From Candidatus Eiseniibacteriota bacterium (GTDB taxonomy: Bacteria > Eisenbacteria > RBG-16-71-46), in contig JANLWX010000033.1 of NCBI GenBank assembly GCA_031364845.1, positions 1-63,355 of the forward strand: a stretch of 63,355 nt of DNA, in the 5' to 3' direction. Positions 1-8,900 of the stretch are shown here, piece by piece. Numbering within the stretch: position 1 is the stretch's first letter; the number at the start of each line of letters is the position of its first letter. The translations under genes and the position numbers were made by a program. A model generated the notes under the pieces. The model had not been told where the DNA came from and ran no database searches. It saw only the letters and a list, made by a program, of their open reading frames with translations.

Positions 1-141
1 CTGAGCGTGGCGATGCGGCAGTTGCGCGAGGCGGTCGGCATCGCGACCGACCTGCCGCTGCCGTCGCAGCCGGTGCCGTGGCAGGCGCGTGTGGCGCTCG
101 GAGCGTGCGCGGCGGGGCTGGTGTTGCAGTTGCGGTGGTGA
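1..141 (+). CDS. 3' end of a gene entering from the window edge (hypothetical)
   Basis: Frame 1 is open from base 1 (LSVAMRQLREAVGIATDLPLPSQPVPWQARVALGACAAGLVLQLRW) to TGA at 139-141, with GC-rich codon usage. Confidence 0.45.
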   Translation: MSVAMRQLREAVGIATDLPLPSQPVPWQARVALGACAAGLVLQLRW

Positions 142-155
142 AACTGTGTTGCGGA

Positions 156-197
156 CCTCACACCAGCTGCTTCAGCCACACGAAACCCCGAAGCCCC
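156..197. repeat. Dispersed ~42-bp repeat, copy A (copy B at 27621-27662)
   Basis: cctcacaccagctgcttcagccacacgaaaccccgaagcccc vs cctcacgccagttgcttcagcc-cacgaaactccgaagacccc. Confidence 0.7.
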
Positions 198-230
198 GTC
201 ACGAAAAGCCGCATGAGGATTGAGCCGTCA

Positions 231-563
231 CTATGCGATGGGCTTTCTAAAGGCTCGCAACCTGAGCCCTGAGAGCCCGAGCCACCCAGCCAGGCGGCCA
301 GGTGCGATTCCGGGACCGGCTTCCGCGACGACTCTTCCTCCAAAGCGAACGCTGAGTCTGACATCCGCCGTGCCGAGGATTGCCTGGAGTGGGAGCCTGA
401 ACAGATGAGCTTGCCGCGCCTGCCGCAGCAAAGCCCACCCGACATACAAGCTCGGCACGTCACACACGACCTCTCGGCCGACTGCACGAATGCTGGCCGA
501 GAGGTCCATGACGCGTATCGAGAGCATTCCCTCGACGTCGACCGCGTGACCCTTGGAAGCCAC
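231..563 (-). CDS. Hypothetical protein, translationally coupled to the upstream small gene
   Basis: GTG at 563 overlaps the TAG of 563-769; protein-like sequence MASKGHAVDVEGMLSIRV...GRVVAEAGPG. Confidence 0.55.
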   Translation of the reverse strand: MASKGHAVDVEGMLSIRVMDLSASIRAVGREVVCDVPSLYVGWALLRQARQAHLFRLPLQAILGTADVRLSVRFGGRVVAEAGPGIAPGRLAGWLGLSGLRLRAFRKPIA

Positions 564-769
564 TACTTGGCCTGCTGGTCCCGCGTACGGATCTTGAGCG
601 TGCCGTTCATCGTCCACGGTGCGCTCGGGCCATTCGCGGAGGTCCCTCCCGGTACGATCACCTTGAAGTCGTGAAACTCGTACGTGATTTCTGCTCCGCG
701 CCCGGTCAGTTTGTCATACAGGCCGATCGCGAGGTCCGGCCACGTCTGTGTCGCTTGAGCTGTCGTCAT
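563..769 (-). CDS. Small conserved-looking hypothetical protein (TWPDLAIGLYDKLTG...)
   Basis: ATG at 769 preceded by an AGGAG RBS; 68 aa. Confidence 0.7.
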   Translation of the reverse strand: MTTAQATQTWPDLAIGLYDKLTGRGAEITYEFHDFKVIVPGGTSANGPSAPWTMNGTLKIRTRDQQAK

Positions 770-892
770 ATGATCTCCTGTGAGGTTGATGTTGTGCTGC
801 AAGCAAGTGTGCGATGCAGTGCGGGAACACTGAAACTTACAGAGCCGCTACGCGCAGAACCGGAATGGCGTGAGACCGCCGCGTCCGATCGA

Positions 893-1420
893 CTACTGGG
901 CCGAAGGCATCAATACCGTGTCGATGACATGGATGACGCCGTTCGACGCGAGGATGTCGGTCTTGATGACGTTCGAAGAGCCGTTGAGTACGACGCCGCT
1001 CGCGCTGTTGATGCCGACCTTCTGCCCATTGACTGTCGTGGCCTCGGTGAGCGTCACGACATCCTTTGCCAGCACCTTGCCCGATACGACGTGGTACAGC
1101 AGCACGCCCTTCAGCGCCTGCGGATCCTTGAGCAGTGCATCCAGCGCGCCTGCCGGCAGCTTCGCGAACGCCTCGTCGGTCGGAGCGAAAACGGTGAATG
1201 GGCCCTTGCCTTTCAGCGTCTTGGCGAGGTCCGCCGCCTTCAGAGCCGTAAGCAGGGTGTTGAACGATCCTGCCGCCTTGGCGACCTGGACGATGTCTTT
1301 GCCCGACTTGTCGACGGCAGCGGACTTGGTCTTGTTGTAGGCGCCGGCCATGCCGACGGAGGACATGATGAGCGACGCCGCGGCGACGGTTGCGATGATC
1401 CCGACGATGTTCTTGCGCAT
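893..1420 (-). CDS. Fasciclin (FAS1) domain secreted protein
   Basis: Signal peptide; FAS1 motifs [19 protein letters not shown] and [11 protein letters not shown]. Confidence 0.95.
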   Translation of the reverse strand: MRKNIVGIIATVAAASLIMSSVGMAGAYNKTKSAAVDKSGKDIVQVAKAAGSFNTLLTALKAADLAKTLKGKGPFTVFAPTDEAFAKLPAGALDALLKDPQALKGVLLYHVVSGKVLAKDVVTLTEATTVNGQKVGINSASGVVLNGSSNVIKTDILASNGVIHVIDTVLMPSAQ

Positions 1421-2012
1421 GACAGGGTGCCTCGTACGAAGGGTCTTGAGCGTGGCCCGGGGCTGCGGCCCCGGATGAGCGGGTCATTGCTTCTCACCCG
1501 CACGGCATCCGATGCGCACATTTTGAACAGGATGTGTCCAGTTATTGCAATTGTGAGGAATGAGTCGACGCGTGAGCCTTGTGAGGCGAAGGGTCATGGC
1601 CCGGCGTCCGCGACCGCCGCGCCTGGGCGCACGCTCGCCGAAAGGAGTGGACGGCACCAAACAGAGCTTCAAACCGCGCGCGGGCGCGGCCTATCGCGTC
1701 GTCGTCGTGCTCGGGTGGAAAGGTATCTCGGTTTGACTCGCACGAACCAGCGCACCTGAGTTGCGGCGCGTGCAGGGGCAACACACCCAGCACGCGCTTG
1801 CGTTTCGGGGCGTCCCGCCCACGGTGCCGCCGTGGGCGGCGGGAGATCGTCAAAGCCAAACGGAGTCTTCACGAACCAAACCTGTGGATCGTCTCATGCA
1901 AGCTTCTTTCAGATAGATGCGGTCCCGCCCTGCACAGCTTGAGGAAAACCGTGCATCGCGGGGCGCCTGCCTGATATCGTTTCACGACCACTCGATCCGT
2001 GAGGAATCCTCC

Positions 2013-2294
2013 ATGACTGACACCACCACCGTGTGCGCTCGCGATCAGCATATATGGCAGGGCCTCGGCGAGGAGAGCGTGATCCTCGACCTCGAGGCCG
2101 GGGTTTATTACGGGCTCAACGTCGTCGGCAGCTCGGTGTGGCGTCTGATTCAGACGCCGCGGACGTTCGCCGATCTGCGCGATGCGGTGATCGCGGAATA
2201 CGCGGTCGACGCCGAGCGGTGCGCTCACGACCTGCGGGCTCTGCTCTCCATTCTCGAGCAACGCGGCATGATCGACGTCGCCGAGTCCGCATGA
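2013..2294 (+). CDS. PqqD-family RiPP recognition element (lasso peptide B1)
   Basis: ESVILDL..GVYYGLNVVGSSVWRLI...EYAVD..RC..DL..LL..L..RG is the typical RRE pattern; GAGGA RBS before ATG 2013. Confidence 0.92.
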   Translation: MTDTTTVCARDQHIWQGLGEESVILDLEAGVYYGLNVVGSSVWRLIQTPRTFADLRDAVIAEYAVDAERCAHDLRALLSILEQRGMIDVAESA

Positions 2295-2782
2295 TCGATG
2301 CTTCGCGCCTGGGTCGATGGTGGGCCACCGTCGAGATCTTCGTCATCGCCGCGGTGCTGCTGATACTCGTGCGCCTCGCGATCCGTCGCACGCCACTGCC
2401 GGAGATCCGCTCCCGGATCGCGGCCCGCACTCCCCGGGGAGCCACCCGCGCGCGCCTGCCCGCGAGCGAGATCGGCCGGCTGGTCTCGGCCGTCGGACGG
2501 CGACTACCCGGGATCGGCACCTGCCTGACCCACGCGCTCGTGACCGAGGCCTTGCTGCGCCGCGAGCACCACGCCGCGCAGTTGGTTGTCGGCATCAAGC
2601 GCGGGCACGGCTCCCGCCCAAGCGCGCACGCGTGGGTTACGAGTGATGACGTTGTCGTGGTGGGGGCGGCCGCCGATCTCGGCCGGTTCACACCACTCGC
2701 GGTTGGAAGAGATTCCTCAACCCTTCGGTCGTTCGCGGCAAACAACCCGAGGAGCGACGATCGGATAGCGAACATTTCGTAA
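2291..2782 (+). CDS. Lasso peptide B2 leader peptidase (transglutaminase-like)
   Basis: ATGA overlap with B1; catalytic motifs TCLTHAL (Cys) and AHAWV (His). Confidence 0.9.
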   Translation: MIDASRLGRWWATVEIFVIAAVLLILVRLAIRRTPLPEIRSRIAARTPRGATRARLPASEIGRLVSAVGRRLPGIGTCLTHALVTEALLRREHHAAQLVVGIKRGHGSRPSAHAWVTSDDVVVVGAAADLGRFTPLAVGRDSSTLRSFAANNPRSDDRIANIS

Positions 2783-2934
2783 CGCTGCACTCACTCCAGG
2801 CACCCGACGAATTCGGCTCGTTCGCCGCCTTCATCGGGAGCCGCATCAGCGATCTTCGCGTCACCTGAGCGCGAGGACGCAAATCAACCCTCACCGTTCG
2901 TGGTGAACGGGAGTTCAGTCCGAAAGGGATCGCC

Positions 2935-3057
2935 ATGATCGAAAAAGACACTCGCAAGCCTTATGCTGCTCCGGAACTCGTCGAATTCGGGTCCGTTGCG
3001 GACCTCACGGAGCGATTGGGCAGTGGATTCTGTGATAACGAGACGGGATGTGACTAG
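2935..3057 (+). CDS. Lasso-type RiPP precursor peptide, 40 aa: MIEKDTRKPYAAPELVEFGSVADLTE-RLGSGFCDNETGCD
   Basis: Translated by hand (below the ORF-track cutoff). YxxPxL RRE-binding motif, GxVxxLT with Thr at -2, GAAAGGGA RBS, position between B2 and the kinase. Confidence 0.9.
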   Translation: MIEKDTRKPYAAPELVEFGSVADLTERLGSGFCDNETGCD

Positions 3058-3078
3058 ACACCTCTGAACTCACCTCAT

Positions 3079-3106
3079 GGCGCGCCGGAAGAACTTCCGG
3101 CGCGCC
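3079..3106 (+). terminator. Perfect GC-rich stem-loop right after the precursor gene (terminator or mRNA stabiliser)
   Basis: ggcgcgccggaag-aa-cttccggcgcgcc; no U-tract. Confidence 0.7.
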
Positions 3107-3194
3107 TATCGATTCTGAAGGTGCCAGACTGATCGACAGCACACCCCCTCTCCTCCATATCCATCGCGCGTTCGGCCTCTCGCTCGCGAGTGAT

Positions 3195-4121
3195 GTGCCA
3201 CTTGCTGGGCTGCCGCGGTCGCACGACGCAACCGCGGAAGCAGACTGTCACGTCCGATTCCGGATAACGGGCGTGTCCCACGCCCCGGCAACAATTCGCC
3301 ACGCCACCGAGTGGCTGCACCGGTCACGGCGACCGGACGGACGTGTGTGGATCGCCGTCGGGCGTCGGGTGTCGGACTATGTGATTCGCTTCCCCGGCAT
3401 GGCCGAGTTCAACATCAGCGCCGATGGTCGTGAGATTCGCGCCCGCCGAGCCCGGGGCGTGCCCATGCGCACGCTCCGGCATCTGCTGCTCGATCACGTG
3501 CTTCCGCGCGTGCTCGACCTCAGAGGCGCGCTGGTGCTCCATGCCGCTGCCATCGCAACCGACGCGGGGGCTATCGTGTTCCTCGGCAAGAGCGGTCAGG
3601 GCAAGTCGACGCTGACCGCGAGCCTGGCTCGCGGAGGCCTTGCCGTGCTCGGCGACGACGTCATTGTCCTACGAGAGATTGCCGGGGTATGGCATGCCGT
3701 GCCGAGCCACCCTGGCCTGCGCCTGTGGCCGGATTCGGCGACGCTGCTCGAGGCGAGTGCATCCACCGGCCCGGTCGCGCACCACACGAACAAGCAAGGT
3801 GGCGATGCCGCACGCATGGGAGCGTGGCGGCGCGATTCACCCGTGCCGATCGCGCGCGCCTACGTGCTGGCGCCGGCCGATGCGTCGAAGTTGCCGGCCG
3901 TCGAGCCGTTGCCGACGCGGGGCGTATTCGCCCAGATCGTCGCCCAGACCTTTCGCTTCGATCCGGGGGCGAACAGCCCCTTGCGCGATGAGCTGCGCAC
4001 GCTGACGCGGCTCGCGGCGGCGCCGTGGTTCCGCACACTCGTGGTGCCACGTGACTATGCCGCGCTGCCGGGCGTGCGCGCGTGCATCGAGCGCGATCTC
4101 TCAACCGAGAAGCCATCGTGA
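3195..4121 (+). CDS. HprK-related kinase of the type found in paeninodin-like lasso clusters
   Basis: LHAAAI, Walker A GKSGQGKST, GDDV. The frame is open upstream (AFGLSLASDVPL), so the true start may be CTG at 3129. Confidence 0.88.
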   Translation: MPLAGLPRSHDATAEADCHVRFRITGVSHAPATIRHATEWLHRSRRPDGRVWIAVGRRVSDYVIRFPGMAEFNISADGREIRARRARGVPMRTLRHLLLDHVLPRVLDLRGALVLHAAAIATDAGAIVFLGKSGQGKSTLTASLARGGLAVLGDDVIVLREIAGVWHAVPSHPGLRLWPDSATLLEASASTGPVAHHTNKQGGDAARMGAWRRDSPVPIARAYVLAPADASKLPAVEPLPTRGVFAQIVAQTFRFDPGANSPLRDELRTLTRLAAAPWFRTLVVPRDYAALPGVRACIERDLSTEKPS

Positions 4122-5347
4122 GCTCGCGATTGCCGGCCCCGCCGGGCCACGAGATCGCTGCCTCGCCCGAGTTGCGCGTGTTGCTCGACATCGCGCGCAC
4201 GCGCGTGTCGTCCGAGCGTTCGCGGCGGATCCGTGCCGCGCTCGACGGGCCGTTAGACGCCGCCGCGCTCGTGACGCTCGCCGAGCGTCATGGCCTCGTG
4301 CCTCTGCTCCACCACCATCTCGGTGTCCCGGGTGCGCTGCCCGTCCCGGAGCGGCAACGCTTGGTCAGCCTCGCCCGCAACAGCGCCATGGTCAATCTGG
4401 CGCTGGTTGCCGAGTTGCACCGACTGCTCGACGATCTCGACGCGTCGGCGATCCCGGTGGTGCCGTACAAAGGCCCGGCGCTCGCGGCATCGCTCTATGG
4501 CAACTTCACACTACGGGAGTTCCGGGATCTAGACCTGCTCGTGCGCCCCAGTGACGTGCCGCGAATCCAGGAGTTGCTCATGCGCCGCGGCTATCTCAGC
4601 GAAGGCACGCCAGCGGGACTGCCGCTCAGCCTTGTGCTGCGCGAGGCATGCGAGATCCAGTTCTGCCGCCGGCGCGGGCGCGCCGTGGTCGAGGTCCACT
4701 GGGCGCTGATGCCGGGTTATCTGATGTCTGGAATGGATGAGGGAGTATGGGAGCGCCTCGTGCCGAGTGTTCTCGGGCATCGCCAGGTGCGCGCCCTCTC
4801 GACCGAAGATCTCCTCGTGTTCCTGTGCGCTCACGGCGCAAAACACGGGTGGGAACGGATCAGCTGGCTCACGGATGTGGCGGAGTGTGTCTCCTCCGCG
4901 GCGGCGCTCGACTGGGACGCCGTCATGATGCGCGCGAGAGAGACGCGCGCACGGCGCGCCCTCGGACTCGGTCTCTTGCTCGCGCGTGATCTGCTCGATG
5001 CCCCCGTGCCGGGCGACGTTCTGGACAGGCCGGATCTCTCGGCTCGCGACCCATCGCTCCGCGCGCTCGCCAATTCGGTGCTCGCGCGTTGGGATGCCGG
5101 CCAGCCTCTTCGCGCGAGGGACACCGTCCGCTTCCACCTCGCCACCCGTGATGGCGCCGGCGATCGCGTCCGCTATCTCGCGCTGCGCGCCGTGAACCTC
5201 AATGAACACGATTGGGGACTCATGGCACTGCCGCCAGCCCTCGCGGGGCTCTACTACCCGCTGCGTCTCGTGCGGCTCGCCGCGGAGGGGATTGCGCGCC
5301 TGCGGGCAGCGGGCCGCCATGTTGCGCGGGTCGCGGCGATCAAGTAG
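4118..5347 (+). CDS. Nucleotidyltransferase family protein (NTP_transf_5-like)
   Basis: GTGA overlap with the kinase; YKGPALA...R..RDLDLLV, VEVHW, HGAKHGW..ISWLTDV. Confidence 0.9.
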   Translation: MSSRLPAPPGHEIAASPELRVLLDIARTRVSSERSRRIRAALDGPLDAAALVTLAERHGLVPLLHHHLGVPGALPVPERQRLVSLARNSAMVNLALVAELHRLLDDLDASAIPVVPYKGPALAASLYGNFTLREFRDLDLLVRPSDVPRIQELLMRRGYLSEGTPAGLPLSLVLREACEIQFCRRRGRAVVEVHWALMPGYLMSGMDEGVWERLVPSVLGHRQVRALSTEDLLVFLCAHGAKHGWERISWLTDVAECVSSAAALDWDAVMMRARETRARRALGLGLLLARDLLDAPVPGDVLDRPDLSARDPSLRALANSVLARWDAGQPLRARDTVRFHLATRDGAGDRVRYLALRAVNLNEHDWGLMALPPALAGLYYPLRLVRLAAEGIARLRAAGRHVARVAAIK

Positions 5348-5807
5348 ACGACGTTGCCGTGATGGCCTCGCAGGCTCGCCGTGTGACCTCGTGCCGAAAG
5401 GCGAACAGCCGCTCGAGTTCGCGCCGCGCGAAGGCGCCGCCGAAGACGCGACCGAGCGCCCCGAACGGAAGCTCGTACTCGATGTCGTCGGTGAGGGCGC
5501 ACTCACGGGGGCCGTGCGGCGTGACGATGTGCCTGTGCATCCAGCGCGCGAACGGCCCCCGGATCATCGTGTCGGCGAACATCCTCCCGGGCTCGTACGC
5601 AACGTGCTCGGCCTCGATGGTTTGCCAGATGGGACCGATCTTGGTGCGGAGCGCTACCCGAGTCCCCACGGCGAGTGAGGCCGGGGGGATCAGGATCTCC
5701 GTGACTTGCCACGGGGGTTGGAGGCGCGCGAAGGCGTCCTTCGCCTCGTGGAAGGAAAAGACGGTCTCCGCGCTGGCTTTGATGAAGCTCTCCTTCACGA
5801 ATCGCAT
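5340..5807 (-). CDS. SRPBCC family protein
   Basis: MRFVKESFI..S.ETVFSFHE, F.DTM.RGPF..W.H.H, D.IEYELPFG, F.FRH. Confidence 0.88.
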   Translation of the reverse strand: MRFVKESFIKASAETVFSFHEAKDAFARLQPPWQVTEILIPPASLAVGTRVALRTKIGPIWQTIEAEHVAYEPGRMFADTMIRGPFARWMHRHIVTPHGPRECALTDDIEYELPFGALGRVFGGAFARRELERLFAFRHEVTRRACEAITATSST

Positions 5808-5952
5808 GGGGCTCCATTCGGTTGCGTGGGTGCTTCCATAACGCCCAGCAGCCGGCCGGCCGCGGCAATGCCACTCCGCCGCAGGTCGAAAGCTGAGCGC
5901 CACCCCATTGCAGTTACTAGGACAGGCTCCTAGGTTTCCACTTCCGGCCATC

Positions 5953-8900
5953 TCACGCCCCGCGACTCCCGCGCAACACTTCGAGCGCCACAAGGCGTTC
6001 GATCGCCTCGAGAGTCAACTCGTCCTTGCCGAGTTCCCTCACGCGCGACCAGCCGGTCCGCAGTTCCCGCGACAGTGCATCGGGCAGCGTGCGCAGCCAC
6101 CCTTCGATCCGCAGGTCGACGAACTCCCGCTTCTCCTCGATCGTCAACTCGTGAGCGAGCAGCAGGCGCGATGCCTCCTCGGCGTCGACGAGCGTCTGCA
6201 AGATGTGCCAGCGGTTGCCGGGCGGTTCCGCGCACAGAGCGCCGAAGGTGCCGCTCGAAGTCTCGCGGATCAGTTCCTCCTCGCGCGTGGTGAGGCTCTC
6301 GTGTTCCTTGGTCTCGTCCCAGCTCTCCGAGTCCTCGGCCATGTAACGCAGGTAGAGCATGGCGAACAGACAGGTCGGTGCCACCAGTTCCTCGCGGACC
6401 CTCACGTCAACCCACAACGCGGCCGCGGCGCGCAGGCACCGCTTGGCGGTGCCTTCTGCCAGCTTGCGGCCGAAGACCAGCGCCACCGACTCCTTCACGA
6501 AGCACGGCAACTCGCTCGCGATGATCTCGCGATAGCCCGGGACGTGCCGTTCGAGGAGAATCGCCGCGCGCCGGTCGAGCGCGGCGAGATCGCTCGTCAC
6601 GCCCGGCAGCCCCAGCGTCGTGCAGCCGAGGTTGTAGACGATGGCGCGCGGAAGCGTCACGCCCTCGGGCCATGCGTCGCGCAGATCCCGAACATCCGGG
6701 AGTTCCTTGCCGCCACCCCACTCTTCTGGATACTCGGGAATCGAGCGGCCGTAGTTCACCGAGCCGGTCGCCCGGATCCGAACGCGGGTCTGAGGAACGA
6801 GACCTCCAAACGGTGCGATCAGCGGCGCGATCCGCAAGAGCGTCTCGGTGTGAATGCGCACACCGGTCTCGAGCAGCTTGAAGAGCGCGTCGCTCTCCGA
6901 GCCACCGATTGCGGGCGGCAGAGAACGGACCGCCATGGCGGAGCGATACATTTCGGCGAGGCGATCGGCCTCGGCGGGCGCGTCGGCACGGATGCCCTGC
7001 ATCGTCACGCCATCGGCGCGGCAGAATTGAGCGACGACACCGGGATGCTGCGGATCGAATCCGCCGCGGAATCCCGCGCGGCCGGCGCCGATCAGGTACG
7101 TCAGTCGCGGTGCGGGCTCGCCGATGCGCCGCGCGCGCTCGGCCAGCCGGCGTTCCGCTTCGTCGCGCTTGGCGACGGCGAGCGTGTAGGCGACGTCGGT
7201 CGCAATCTTTCCGCTCTGCTCCGCGGTGTCGGACATGGCGACGAAGATGCGAACGAGCGCGCCGGTTCCATCGAACCGCGTCGTGAAGGTCGATGGCGTT
7301 GGCAGCCCTTCGGCTACCTGGCCGCGCTCGAGTGCTTGATAGAACGCTTCGAGCAGATCCGGCAGATGTGAGAGCGCCCCGACGTTCTCGCACAGCGGAA
7401 CCAGGCGCACCCGGACCACCCGCGCCCTCAGTGCTGCTCGTTTGGCTTCGGGAATCCGGCGGCTAAGGAACGCGTCGATCCGCTCGGGCAGTCCCGCGAA
7501 TAGGTTGTCGATCGCCTCGCGGTAGAGCGTGCCGATCTTTATGACGGCACCCAGTTCGGCCCTCGAATTCACCTGGGGGACGGAGATCTCGTAGATGGCG
7601 TTCTGCTGAGGTTCGATGTCGAGCCGCTCGCAGGCCAGGAGGAACAGGAAGTTCGCCCGGGCGACCGATGCGAGGATGCGGGAGATCTTCTCCTCATCCT
7701 GCTCGATGAACGGATTGGGGACGCGGAACAGGAGGTGACGATCCTCGCCCGGAATGATTCCGTGCCGCAGCAGCGCCAGCACCACCTTCTCCGGAACATC
7801 GAGCCAGTCGGGGCTGATTTGCCTTCCTTCGAAATCGAGCAGCACTTCGTTGCAGGGCCCGAGCAGGTCGACGATCGTCTCTTCGTACTCCTCGCGCGCC
7901 TCGACCAAAGGATTCCATTCGAGATGCGTGAGCGCGCGATGCACCCGGTCCGGAGCGCCTTCAGGCACGGACTCGATCGCTCGCGCGAGCTGGACGGCAC
8001 GATGCGTGGTGGAGTCGGGGTGCTTGGTCCCGGTCAGGCGGAGTTCTTCGTGCCTCGGATTCTCGAGGAACCGGCGATGCGCTTCATGAAATGCTTCCGG
8101 GTCGAGGTCGTCGAGGGCCGGGTATTTCTCCCGGGTGCACGTGCTCGTCCACACGCTCTCCTCGATCGACGGCATGGCCGCGGCGATCGCGGCGGGCGCG
8201 CTCGATCCAAGGCGGCCCTGGAGGATGAGCCGCGTGCGGACCCGGTCCATGAAGACCGCAAGTTCCTTCACGTCCTTCGATCCGTATGACAGCCGCTGCC
8301 ACGTCCCGTAGCGCGCGGAGTCCTTGCCCGCGAACGCGACGAAAGGTATCCCCCCGACGCCGCCCGACAGGAGGAATTCGAACGTGTCGACGGAGTTTCT
8401 GACGATCGCCCGCTCGTGCACGCCGTTGCTCAGACGGTCGAACGGTTCGCCGATCAAGCCCGGGAACGCCAGCGGCGAGTAGAACGTCCCGCCGAAATCG
8501 GTGCGTTCCACGCCGAGTGGCGCAAGCTCGTCCGCCGCGCGAGCCATGAAGTCGCGGCGCTCCTGCATGTAGGGCGACGGCCGGCGCAGTGCCGCGAGCG
8601 GACTCTGAAGTGCCGCGAGCGCCCAGTCCTGCGCGAGTGTCGACGGAGTGGCGACGAGCCACGCGGAGAGGTTCCCGAGGATCTCGCGGGCCCGGATATT
8701 TCCTGTCTTGATCTGGTCGGAGATCACCATCCAGCACGCGCGCGCACCGGTCGACGCGCCGAACATGTCCATCTTGGACAAGCCGGACAGTGTCACCACC
8801 CAGTCGCGCCACTCAGGGTGCGCGAAGACCGGATTGACGAACAATCCGACGTAGTCGAGGCGCTGATAGACCGAGTCGTAGAGGACGAAGACGCGATGTG

